Below, in pieces: positions 35,444 to 48,017 of a DNA stretch of 64,000 bases. Each line of letters starts with the position of its first letter. Within the stretch, counting starts at the first letter, position 1. The translations under genes were made by a program, and so were the position numbers. Under the pieces are notes generated by a model. The model did no database searches, was not told the DNA's origin, and worked only from the letters and a program-made list of their open reading frames with translations. Origin of the DNA: Macrostomum hystrix (lineage: Eukaryota > Animalia > Platyhelminthes); the NCBI GenBank assembly GCA_950097015.1, contig CATNEN010000001.1, forward strand, positions 4,278,001-4,342,000, given 5' to 3'.

Positions 35444-35708
35444 TTGTTGTTGAGTACGGACTGGGCTCCAAACCCAGCAGCCACCCCGCGAGGCCCAGCC
35501 TCCCAGAGGAAGAAGGACCCACGAGGCCGCCGCCAGGTGGAGCCCCAACCACCGCCCCCTGGAGAGGAGCGGTGACCGAGTCCCGGCACTCTTAGCCGCC
35601 CGGTGGGAGCCGCCCACCGGTGGGAGCGTTGCCTCCCCTCCGCGACGAAGACGCGGTGCCGGATAGGAGCCACGGCAATGCCGTGGGCCGAGCGTAAAGC
35701 CCGACGGG
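35444..35708 (-). mobile_element. GC-rich insert with (CAA)n 3' tail and 14-bp target-site-like duplication, in a TM2D2 5' relic (also 46546-46810)
   Basis: TGCTGCTGCTGTTG at 35430-35443 and 35709-35722. The plus-strand (TTG)n is a minus-strand (CAA)n tail, typical of some non-LTR elements and SINEs. Confidence 0.5.
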
Positions 35709-36897
35709 TGCTGCTGCTGTTGCTGCGTTTACTAGGCAGATAGCTTGTTGTCAAATCCTGTTGCAATTTTCACACATTAACAGCATTCTTTCTATGTAAG
35801 AGGTTTAGCCATAGACTGTGTTAGATCACAAGTGTATCAAGTGAGACCCGTTAACACCTGCCCACTCCACTGCCTATGCTCAGTGGTGTACTTATCGACT
35901 TTGCTTTCGATGGGAATCAGCCAAGCGAGCTGATTGGCTGACGGCCCAAGGTGTGAAAAGAGGTGAGAAGGCAGGTGCGAAAACAGCATTGAAGCGGCCA
36001 TGGCAGCCATTGTGGCATTCAGAATTACCTGCTTTTATCTCAATGATTCACTCAGTTTATTGTGAACAAAATACTGGGACTTATTTAATAGATGACAAAA
36101 GCGTTAAATCAGTTGGCATTCAGGGTTATTAATATTCAAAAGTACATCACGACTTTGTAGAGCGATTCTGTACAGGTGGGGAGTGCTGCTCAGACTGAGA
36201 GGTGAGCACTGGCTTGAGCAGTGGGGCTCGACAAACAGGCAGTTTTATGAGCAGCCCAGCTGCATATGAAATGACATCATTGAAGTGTTTTGCATGACAT
36301 GTTAATGACATCTCTGCATTGCATAAGCTTTTATCTAATGGGATAATTATGGGCTTACGAATTACTAATAGTGAAATAAAACATAGGCTTGGTCACACTG
36401 CCTTCTTAAAATGCCTCGTGATTATTGGTGTACTTTAGTGTGATGTTCAAAAGTGCAGTCTTTAGAATGTACAGTCGTGCGTTAGAGCCCTATTTTATGG
36501 CAGTGTGAACGAGACTGTACACAGGATTCAAAGCAATGAACTGTACCAAATATAAGTAAATAGGCCTGCAAGCCTCCACTGACAGGGATTTCGAAGGTCT
36601 GAATTCAATGTCAATTCCACAAACTGTAACTGACTTCTGATGTAACTATCTTCCGCTATCTTTCTCTATCTTTCGATATCTGTCAATAAGCTTCCAATAG
36701 CGAGTCGATTGTTTGCGTTTGTTAAATTATGAATAATAAAGGTACAAAATTCCGCATACAAATTAATGCAGAGGAAAAAAACAACTAAACCAGAAGCACA
36801 AAATCCTAATTCCCAAAGTATGGTGCACGCCTATGCTACTCAGCTCCTTCAAATCGCAGTCCAGCGACCTTGAGCTGGGCAGCAGGCGGAGGCCTCC

Positions 36898-39800
36898 TCA
36901 GCAGTTTTCACCTGCCGTCCTCTGCCTTCCGCTTCCTGCCTCTCCGCTGGCGCTCCAGGCTGACGGACTCGCTCTCCGTCTCCATGGCGACGCGTCGCTG
37001 ATCAGCGTCTCCGGCAGCGATTTCGCGAACCGCTGCAACTTCGCGTGCATCCAGCCGTCTCTCTGCTGCGCCACTGTTTCCATAGCAACCAGCCGACCGA
37101 GCTCATCATTGATCAGATGCAGCCGCGCTCTCACCCACAGCCTCCGCTCCTCATCCTCCAAACTCGAGTGGCTGTCGCTGCGAGTGGAAATTCGCCACAG
37201 CTTCTCCCTGACCCAGCGGATCTTCTCCTCATCCTGCGTCTCCATGGCGACGCGTCTCTCGTCCCTGACGGTCTCCATCTGTCGCAGGCTGAACTCCACG
37301 TGCTCAACTTGGTCGCTGTAGTGAGCCAGAGTGAGCAGCTTCTCCAAGTCCGGGTCCTCTTGCAGCTCTGAGAGCCACGCATCGAGGTCGACTGCTGTGC
37401 GATTGCGGAGCAGCTCAGCTTGGAGACTCCAGCTCAGGCAGCGGAAGTTCACGTACAGGTGCTCAGAGCGAGGCTGCGACAGTCTGGCTGTGAGCAGAGT
37501 CTGCGTGAACTCGGGAAGGAATGGGAATCGAGGCGGAGTGTCTGCGGGGAGGCAGAACCTCCACGCCCAGTCCGAGTCTGATGGCAGATTGTATCCGATA
37601 TCACCAGGCCTCATTCCACTCTGAACTCTGTGACTCTGGAGTTCCATCGCGAGTCTCTCAGCCTCCTCGAAGTCTCCGAACTTCAAATGCGCCATGGCGG
37701 TCATGCACAGGGCAGCGCACTTGCACCACCGCAGCTGATGCAGGAGACTGAGCTGCCTCATCAGGGTGTCTCTGTCTGCAGACTCTGACTGCAGCTCAAG
37801 AAAACAATGGTGCACCACACTGTACACGTCACTGTATAAGAATGTAGATAAATCTACATTCACACAACCAACTGGCTTACGATGATTAGATCCTTTCCTT
37901 ATTTTCGTGAAAGCAGGCGTTGTCAGTGGCAGCAGAGTGAACGGGTGAAAGTAGAAATTATTTGACTGTAAAGGTCTCACGAAACTGCTCATCTGCTCAA
38001 CCACTCCGCCGATGTCGCTTCTCAGCTCTCTCAGTCGGTCTTGAACCCTCACCTTCGTGTTGTCGAAGTCGCCGCCGATTCCAGCGTTCTTGAAGTAGAG
38101 CGGAGCGTCGGACATGAAGAAGTGCGGCATGCACTCATCGGGTGAGCTGCTTGAGTCGATGAAGCTCAGCATCATGTCGAGAGACTCCTTCAGCAGTGAG
38201 ATCAGATTCTGAGGCTGCCAAGCTTCAGCATTCGGGTCTGTGCCATGCTTCTCCAGCATGAAGAAGAGCAGAGTCTTTGCATGGTAGGTCTTGAGTCCAG
38301 GTGTGTCCAGAGTGAGTGGCAAATGTCTCTTGAAGATGAACTTGATGATTGAGAACAGCTGTCCCTGGACTGTGCTCAGCTGTCTCATGGCCACTTTCTC
38401 GTGGAAGCTGAAGCTTACTCTGAGCTCATTGGTCTTATTTGGTCTGGTTGCCCTCACGAGGTGAACATCTTTGAGATAAATGCTCAGCTTCCCAACTCTG
38501 TGCTCACAGAATGAGCTGCAGCACTCGATCGCATGGCACGTGTCCTGAGCAGGCCGCACACCGCATGCCTTGGCTGAGACGGCAGGTTGGCTGCCTGCAG
38601 TGGGTGGTGAAACCCAGTAGCAGTTTTTTTGGCAAACGTCAAATTCGGGACTCAATTTATAACCATTAACCATTAACCTGGATTGACACCAAACTACTCG
38701 TAAATTTCAAAATCTGTCTCACCAGTACTTCACCACAGCCTCCTCCTCCTACAGCCTCTACTGCTGGACTCCATGTGAAACCCAATTTTGATTCTTTTGA
38801 AGCACATGTCATGGCAGATATCACTCACCTGACCCCACTGCCACCTGCGCGTGACCCTCCGTAACCCGCAGCTTCGTGGCACCTTCGCAAGCATGCCAAT
38901 AAGTTTTCATTCCACCGCAGCCACCCTCCAGATGCAGCAGCTGCCCTTGAACCAGCACAGTCCAGTCAATGTCTGAGTCAGCCGCTGTCCTGCCGTTCAC
39001 TTGCACCAGACTGTTGGCCCAGCCCTCTGCGTAGCTGCCTGACATATGCATCTCCCTGTTGTGAGTGAGGTCTTGAGCGACTCCTTCCAGCCAGTCAGCC
39101 ATTGTCTGCTGCCACTCTGCTCTCTCCTGAGTGAATCCCGCATCGCTGAGCAGTCGGTGCAGTTCCTCGCTGAGCTGCCTGTCCCGCTGTGAGTCGTCTC
39201 TGAGCCTGGAATGATGGGGAACTCAGTCAGCTGATGGATTGTACACCTGCACAGACTGGCATTTCAAGCTGATCAGCAGAATCAGCAACTCACCCAGTGA
39301 GACTTGAGTCGGTGCAGAGTCCGGCTGCCTCCTTGGCATTCGGTTCGCTGAAAAGTTCAGGAGGAAGTAGATCCGATTTACACCGATATTGTTTTGACCA
39401 GAGCATGAAAGCGTTCCCGGAATAATCATGAATACAAGAGAGCAACTGCTGTAAATCAGGTTGTATTTCAGCTGTTTCACATAGCTCACAATGGGCATTC
39501 AGTCAAAATGCTTGAGTAAGCAAAATAATCATCCTTAATAAAGTGTCCGATCGGCGCTCTCTGATTGGGTGTAAACACCCACCCCAGGCACCCACCCCAG
39601 GCACCCACCCCTCCGCCTTGAGCTGGGTTGTATTTCAGCTGTCGCCCGCGTACTGCCAAGCCCTACCTCACCTCGATCGCGGGATCCCCAGCAGTCGCAG
39701 CAATTGCTGATCTCCGCGCTGCTCCGTCAGCTGCGCACAAGTCCGACCCCGGCCGTCTCGATGACTCGCATCCGCTCCTCTGTCCATCAGAGTCTTGGCT

Positions 39801-40666
39801 GCTCGCACGTGACCCGCTTCACAAGCTCGCGACAGAGCTGTCCGACCCTGACTGTCTTCAGCTCGCGCTGACGCACCGAGATCCACCAGCCTCTCAATGA
39901 GCTCGTGATGACCTGCATCAGCTGCCAGCATGAGAGCAGTGGCTCCTGAGCTGTCGTCTGGCTGATCGACGTGTTCTCTGCTCAGTCGCTCCTCATTGAT
40001 GAGGGTGAGAGCCAGTGCGACATGGCCATGGGAGATTGAAGTACAGAGCAACTGCGTTATCTGGGCTGGCTGCATTCGAGACAGAGTCTGGGTGAGAACC
40101 GAGTTCCTGCCCTCAATGGCCATCGAGGCGGTAAAGCTAAGCACTTGACTGAATTGGAGCCACTCGGGCTGAAGACCAAGGAAGGCAACGACATCTTCAT
40201 GGAGACTAGAGCAGGCCGTGACAGCGCATTCACGATGAACATTCTGTTTCAAGGTTTGGTCAGCGATTTTCTGCACCAGAAACTTCACGACCTCCAACTG
40301 ACCCGATCTTGCAGCAGATTTCGCAGCCTTGCTGCAGAACTGATCTCTCACTTTTTGGTCAGCGACTGTCTGCACCAGAAACTTCACCACCTCCAACTGA
40401 CCCTCGATTGCAGCAGATTCCGCAGCCTTTCTGCAGCACTGATCTCTCACTTTTTGGTCAGCGATTGTCGGCACCAGAAACTTCACCACCTCCAACTGAC
40501 CCGATCTTGCAGCAGATATCGCAGCCTCGCTGCAATATTGATCGCTCGCTTTTTGGTCAGCGACTGTCTGCACCAGAAACTTCACCATCTCCAAGTCACC
40601 ATTCGCTGCAGCATGTTCAATGCCATAGTCATCAGGTGGAGCCGGGTCATTGGATTTGCTGGCCAT
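36898..40666 (-). CDS. Ankyrin/cGLR fusion, copy 3, ~1040 aa, 4 N-terminal repeats
   Basis: Exons 40666-39672, 39347-39294, 39205-38829, 38594-36898; total 3123 nt, in frame; all NTase motifs intact. Confidence 0.87.
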
Positions 40667-41564
40667 CTACTTAAGTCTCGGAATCAAGATAGTTGCTATT
40701 CTGAAAAGCGTGAATTTTTTAATTTGTTTAATCTTTCTCATATTTTTCATTAATTACACGCGCCATAATCAGGCCAGATGTGCAGCTGACAACCCAGCGC
40801 ATCGCAGCAACTGAAGGCAGCGTACGGCTGTTCAGTCCATGGACTGGCAACGCCACACCCCAGCCCCTAATTACCCAAGCTAATGCTGTTACCCATTTAA
40901 CAACTGTGTGTGCTGAAGAGTTAGGTGCTAAAGGTAAAAATGTTTCAGTGGGTCGTGAATCGAACTTTCGACCGTGGGCGGCATTTGGTCAAGCAGGGTA
41001 CAGATTGTCTATGGGAATGAGGAAAGGCTAGTATTACTTCATAGAACAGGGAATAGTTGCTATGGAAATAGAGTTGCAAGTCAGTTTATTGACTAATTTC
41101 TAATTTAAAGGTTCATTTGAGACGCGACAGCTTCAATGCATGCACTAGTTTAGACATTCTTCCCATTCAAACCGTGATTTTTTAGAACTCATCCGGACCG
41201 ATCGGAGCAATGGTCTCTTCATGTCCTAATTCTTTACTGTAATTCGAGCTGTCTCGATTTATTTGGAAATTTCTTCGAAACGACCTGTCCATAGACAAAT
41301 GTCTGGCTTAACCCTCAGAGCCTTAGTCAGACCCCAGTTAGAAATAGCCAGACACATTGCCCAGACACTTTGGCCTTCTAAACTGCATTTGGTCTCTTCC
41401 TGGGTGCGCTCAATCTAAAATACTTGAGCGATTGTTTAAGTCTCCTGGTAGCCTTAGAAGCACCTTATAGATGAAGCACCTTATAGAAAATAGATGAAGA
41501 CAGAAAAATGGTTTTCTTTTTTGAACTTGGACACAGATTTCTCGGATGGGGCGGATAATTAGAT

Positions 41565-42551
41565 GGCGGATAGTTGAAGGGGCGGAGAGTTGGAAGGGGC
41601 GGAGAGTTGGAGGGGCGGAGAGTTGGAGGGGCGGAGAGTTGGAGGGGCGGATAGTTGGAGGGGCGGAGAGTTGGAAGGGGCGGAGAGTTGGAGGGGCGGA
41701 TAGTTGAAGGGGCGGATAGTTGGAGGGGCGGAGAGTTGGAGGGGCGGAGAGTTGGAAGGGGCGGAGAGTTGGAGGGGCGGATAGTTGAAGGGGCGGATAG
41801 TTGGAGGGGCGGAGAGTTGGAGGGGCGGAGAGTTGGAGGGGCGGATAGTTGGAGGGGCGGAGAGTTGGAAGGGATAGTTGGAGGGGCGGAGAGTTGGAAG
41901 GGATTGTTGGAGGGGCGGAGAGTTGGAAGGGATTGTTGGAGGGGCGGAGAGTTGGAAGGGATAGTTGGTGGGGCGGAGAGTTGGAAGGGATTGTTGGTGG
42001 GGCGGAGAGTTGGAAGGGATTGTTGGTGGGGCGGAGAGTTGGAAGGGATTGTTGGTGGGGCGGAGAGTTGGAAGGGATTGTTGGTGGGGCGGAGAGTTGG
42101 AAAGGATTGTTGGAGGGGCGGAGAGTTGGAAGGGATTGTTGGTGGGGCGGAGAGTTGGAAGGGATTGTTGGTGGGGCGGAGAGTTGGAAAGGATTGTTGG
42201 AGGGGCGGAGAGTTGGAAGGGATTGTTGGTGGGGCGGAGAGTTGGAAGGGATTGTTGGTGGGGCGGAGAGTTGGAAAGGATTGTTGGAGGGGCGGAGAGT
42301 TGGAAGGGATTGTTGGTGGGGCGGAGAGTTGGAAGGGCGGATAGTTGGAGGGGCGGATAGTTGGAGGGGCGGATAGTTGGAGGGGCGGATAGTTGGAGGG
42401 GCGGAGAGTTGGAAAGGATTGTTGGTGGGGCGGAGAGTTGGAAGGGCGGATAGTTGGAGGGGCGGATAGTTGGAGGGGCGGATAGTTGGAGGGGCGGATA
42501 GTTGAAGGGGCGGATAGTTGAAGGGGCGGATAGTTGAAGGGGCGGATAGTT
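41565..42551. repeat. G-rich 16/29-bp satellite (shorter paralog of 29668-31207)
   Basis: Tandem array. Confidence 0.95.
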
Positions 42552-43482
42552 CAGCTCTCAATTCACCACACTCTATGAGCATGCATATACTGGCACAGTT
42601 AAACATTCACTAAATCAGTGCTGATTGACTCACCAGCTGCTCACGGGCAGTTCGACCTACTTGGCTGCTGAAGTTCGATGGAATTTCTTGCAGTCTTTGC
42701 TCGAGCCGTCAGTTTGATGCTAGGAACAAGAGTTAGGTTGTGGGTCTGCGCACTGGGGCTGCGCACGAACGCAGCCTCTTTAAAACCATTTAAAGGCAGT
42801 GCAACGATTCGGATCAGATAAGATTTCATCAGTTTTACTTAGCTTTAGCTTCATCAGTTTTAAGCAGCCAGTTGTCTCTTCTTTCTGGCCTCTCTATTTG
42901 TCCACTCCTAGCATTCAAGTTCTAATCTTGGCTTCGTTGTCGATTAGAATCCCGCGGAGTTGGTTTGTTGATTTTGTTGCTAGGCAGTTTGGCTGCTGGC
43001 TCGCACCGGCGGGACACGAAGCCTGTGAGGTATGACCAGCCCGCGAGCTACGGTGTGCGCAGTTTATGGCGAGTAGTACGACTTTATGCCACCCTGCCGC
43101 ACTATAGCCGAGATAGGCGGAAAATGGCAGGACGTGGGGAGAGAGTTTGGGGGTTGGTAATCTGGGGTTGGGGTGGGGGTTAGCAATCTGGGGTTGGGGT
43201 GGGTGGTTAGCAATCTGGGGTTGGGGTGGGGGTTAGCAATCTGGGGTTGGGGTCAGGTCAAAAGAAAGCTTTTTGTGATGATTTTTGTCTGCTAGAACCC
43301 TAGATTTCACAGCAGTGTACACAGAGTTTTGGAGAGAGACAGAAAAAAGGAGGCCCAGCACAGCTGCGCTTACGCTATTTATTTTTTATAAATGCAAACT
43401 TTTTATATCTTGTCCAAATCTCAAGGCTTACTGAGTGCGTTTGCACTAGTTAAAGGCGAATATTAACACGGCTTGCTTATCG

Positions 43483-44280
43483 TACATTTTATGGTGATTG
43501 GGAGGGTTCGGATGTACATTTTATGGTGATTGGTCGGTTTGGGGATGAACTGAATTGGTTGGGAGGGTGGGGATGTTCATTTTATGGTGATTGGTCGGTT
43601 TGGGGAAGAACTGGATTGGTTGGGAGGGTGGGATGTACATTTTATGTGATTGGTCGGTTTGGGGATGAACTGGAGTGATTGTGAGGGTGGGGATGTACAT
43701 TTTATGGTGATTGGTCGGTTTGGGGAAGAACTGGATTGGTTGGGAGGGTGGGGATGTACATTTTATGGTGATTGGTCGGTTTGGGGATGAACTGGATTGG
43801 TTGGGAGGGTGGGGATGTACATTTTATGGTGATTGGTCGGTTTGGGGATGAACTGGATTGGTTGGGAGGGTGGGGATGTACATTTTATGGTTATTGGTCG
43901 GTTTGGGGATGAACTGGATTGGTTGGGAGGGTGGGGATGTACATTTTATGGTGATTGGTCGGTTTGGGGATGAACTGGATTGGTTGGGAGGGTGGGGATG
44001 TAAATTTTATGTGATTAGTCGGTTTGGGGATGAACTGGATTGGTTGGGAGGGTGGGGATGTACATTTTATGGTTATTGGTCGGTTTGGGGAAGAACCGGA
44101 TTGGTTGGGAGGGTGGGGATGTACATTTTATGTGATTGGTCGGTTTGGGGATGAACTGGATTGGTTGGGAGGGTGGGGATGTACATTTTATGGTTATTGG
44201 TCGGTTTGGGGAAGAACCGGATTGGTTGGGAGGGTGGGGATGTACATTTTATGGTTATTGGTCGGTTTGGGGATGAACTG
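43483..44280. repeat. 60/61-bp G-rich minisatellite
   Basis: Shorter paralog of 32140-33180. Confidence 0.95.
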
Positions 44281-44729
44281 GGCCTGTCTAATTACACTGG
44301 GTACGGCTAACACTGCAGAGATAGGAGTATAGGCCGGCCTATCTGTTTGCACTGGGGATAGGATGGCACTGAATATGGCACTTGTGGCTATTGCAGTGAA
44401 TAATTAATCGGTCACGCTGAAGAGAGTAGGAAGAGAGGCTGGCCTATCACTATTAGTGGTTGTTAGAAGTTCAGTTATGAACTTTACTGTAGTAAAAGTT
44501 TTCATTGATTTTCTTCTTGATAATTGCGAGGTTTTGAGTGGCAAGACAATGCACTGTTTTCCACTATAGATAATTATAATATGTAGCTAAATACATTAGA
44601 AAACTGATGGCATGACACCCACCCCACTCCGCCTGGTATAAAGGGTGTTGTTTTTAGTTAGAATTCGAAAGAAAAATTGAAATTAACTTACACTCTTTAA
44701 TAAACTTTTTTGCCTCGAGATATTTTGCT

Positions 44730-45434
44730 ATGGCTGTGTGCGTTAAAGTGCGAATCCAAGAATATGAAGCTCATCGTTTCATTGCAACCCGGCGATTCTT
44801 TCCCTCTGAAGGAGGCATGAGGGCTGGCATTCCTGGCTTCAACCTCAACGCGCACCAATGGGAGAAGCTTAAGCAACTGAAACGTCAGCTGGCGCTTTCG
44901 GCTCTCAACCGCCGCAACGTGAGCGTCAAACTGGGCTTTGACAAGCTGGCAATTGTCAACAGGGGCATGATCTGGCTAAAGTGGCTACCTGAAGATTGCA
45001 CTGAAGACTACCTGAAGCGCAACTCAGTGGCGCTGACTCCTCGCCTGTGGGGAGCGCTCAGGAGAAAGGCTCCGCTGATCGAAGAAGAGCTGCGCGGCAA
45101 AGCACCTGAGAGCGAGTACGAGGTGGACGCTGAGGATGTCAAGTCCGAAGGCTCCGAATTACGCCAGGAAACATTGTCTGGTGAGGAGGTCGACGATGAC
45201 AAGACACTGCTCATCAGCCAGTCGGACAACGCAACAGATGGTCTGCCAGTGACTCCATCCAGCCTCATCTCGCAGCAGGGCAGCAACTTGACGCAGGATC
45301 CGCTGTGGTACCAGTTTCGCGCTTCTTCAGGGCTAAGCAACGCGCCGAACAAACGGAAGCTTCCATGGCCTCTGCGCAGGCAAGATGCGGTCAAGTTGCC
45401 GAGGATCGACTATGTCGAGAACGACAATGAATGA
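44730..45434 (+). CDS. PC4-like protein (copy 2)
   Basis: 234 aa, differing from 33628-34332 at three residues in the C-terminal tail; offset 11,102 bp. Confidence 0.65.
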   Translation: MAVCVKVRIQEYEAHRFIATRRFFPSEGGMRAGIPGFNLNAHQWEKLKQLKRQLALSALNRRNVSVKLGFDKLAIVNRGMIWLKWLPEDCTEDYLKRNSVALTPRLWGALRRKAPLIEEELRGKAPESEYEVDAEDVKSEGSELRQETLSGEEVDDDKTLLISQSDNATDGLPVTPSSLISQQGSNLTQDPLWYQFRASSGLSNAPNKRKLPWPLRRQDAVKLPRIDYVENDNE

Positions 45435-48017
45435 ACTGCTGAATTACTGTTACTATGCTTCCTAATTCTAAAATCCCAATATTGTTGCACAATTTTGTTA
45501 AAGTTAGTTACAACATCTTGCAATTGCAATCAAATTCAAAGTCAGCATTAGCGTGGTTATACTATTCTAAGCCTGCCGTTAAAACTATTGTGTAAACCTA
45601 AGAAAAGAAGCTACTTTGTCTTTTCCGATTCTTGAATCTTATTTGAGCTTGGAATTGAAAATATTTTCTTCAATCCTGAACAGCCAGCCAGTTTCTCTGG
45701 CTGCAATAAATTTGTTTTTGAACTTAAAAATCAGGGTGTCCGTGGTGCGAGTTACACAACTGGCTAAATGATCAGACAGTTTGCACGCTACACAATCCCG
45801 CCAGAAGAAATTACCGCCGGTCACCAATTATAGTCTGAGCCATGGATGACCTGCAGTGGGAGTTGGATCTGGTTAAATTGATACCATTTGCTAAGTACGA
45901 TAACGGATACAAATACATGCAACATGCATTGATGTGCTGTCCAAGTTTGCCAGGGCCAAACCTCGGAAAACAAAGCCAGCGGCTGATGTGAAATCTGCAT
46001 TTGAGTCCATTCTGAAGAGCACAAAGCGCAGGCCTCGAACAGTTCGCTCAGATCAGGGAAAATAATTTGTAAACTCTAGCTTTCGTCAGTTCGGTATTGC
46101 TAGTGGAATTCTAGCATTTAGGATTAAAAGTGAGCAGAAGCTAAATAAAGTCATTTCTACGAGAAGCTAAAGACGGAATTCGAGACATGTCATAGCGCTA
46201 CCAAGATCAAACTTTGTGGGGGCGACATAGTAGCTGATATCCCTAAAGATATCCCACAGGTAACTGATATCCCTAAAGATATCCCACAGGTAGCTGATAT
46301 GCCTAAATACACTCAGCAACATTTAAAACGCAACACTCTAACTAGAAGAAAAATCAACTCACTCAGAAGAGTCAAAGCGCATAGTCTATGGTTCAAATCG
46401 AGCTTCAGAAACGCGTACCTGTATATCCCACAGGTAGCTGATATCCCTAAATATATCCCACAGGTAGCTGATATCCCTAAAGATATCCCACAAGTAACAT
46501 CACTTAACTGACTTTCAGCATTGCCAACTCATGCTGCTGCTGTTGTTGTTGTTGAGTACGGACTGGGCTCCAAACCCAGCAGCCACCCCGCGAGGCCCAG
46601 CCTCCCAGAGGAAGAAGGACCCACGAGGCCGCCGCCAGGTGGAGCCCCAACCACCGCCCCCTGGAGAGGAGCGGTGACCGAGTCCCGGCACTCTTAGCCG
46701 CCCGGTGGGAGCCGCCCACCGGTGGGAGCGTTGCCTCCCCTCCGCGACGAAGACGCGGTGCCGGATAGGAGCCACGGCAATGCCGTGGGCCGAGCGTAAA
46801 GCCCGACGGGTGCTGCTGCTGTTGCTGCGTTTACTAGGCAGATAGCTTGTTGTCAAATCCTGTTGCAATTTTCACACATTAACAGCATTCTTTCTATGTA
46901 AGAGGTTTAGCCATAGACTGTGTTAGATCACAAGTGTATCAAGTGAGACCCGTTAACACCTGCCCACTCCACTGCCTATGCTCAGTGGTGTACTTATCGA
47001 CTTTGCTATCGATGGGAATCAGCCAAGCGAGCTGATTGGCTGACGGCCCAAGGTGTGAAAAGAGGTGAGAAGGCAGGTGCGAAAACAGCATTGAAGCGGC
47101 CATGCCTGCCATTGTGGCATTCAGAATTGCCTGCTTTTATCTCAATGATTCACTTAGTTTATTGTGAACAAAATACTGGGACTTATTTAATAGATGACAA
47201 AAGCGTTAAATCAGTTGGCATTCAGGGTTATTAATATTCAAATCTACATCTAAATCTAAATCTACATCACGACTTTGTAGAGCGATTCTGTACAGGTGGG
47301 GAGTGCTGCTCAGACTGAGAGGTGAGCACTGGCTTGAGCAGTGGGGCTCGACAAACAGGCAGTTTTATGAGCAGCCCAGCTGCATATGAAATGACATCAT
47401 TGAAGTGTTTTGCATGACATGTTAATGACATCTCTGCATTGCATAAGCTTTTATCTAATGGGATAATTATGGGCTTACGAATTACTAATAGTGAAATAAA
47501 ACATAGGCTTGGTCACACTGCCTTCTTAAAATGCCTCGTGATTATTGGTGTACTTTAGTGTGATGTTCAAAAGTGCAGTCTTTAGAATGTACAGTCGTGC
47601 GTTAGAGCCCTATTTTATGGCAGTGTGAACGAGACTGTACACAGGATTCAAAGCAATGAACTGTACCAAATATAAGTAAATAGGCCTGCAAGCCTCCACT
47701 GACAGGGATTTCGAAGGTCTGAATTCAATGTCAATTCCACAAACTGTAACTGACTTCTGATGTAACTATCTTCCGCTATCTTTCTCTATCTTTCGATATC
47801 TGTCAATAAGCTTCCAATAGCGAGTCGATTGTTTGCGTTTGTTAAATTATGAATAATAAAGGTACAAAATTCCGCATACAAATTAATGCAGAGGAAAAAA
47901 ACAACTAAACCAGAAGCACAAAATCCTAATTCCCAAAGTATGGTGCACGCCTATGCTACTCAGCTCCTTCAAATCGCAGTCCAGCGACCTTGAGCTGGGC
48001 AGCAGGCGGAGGCCTCC

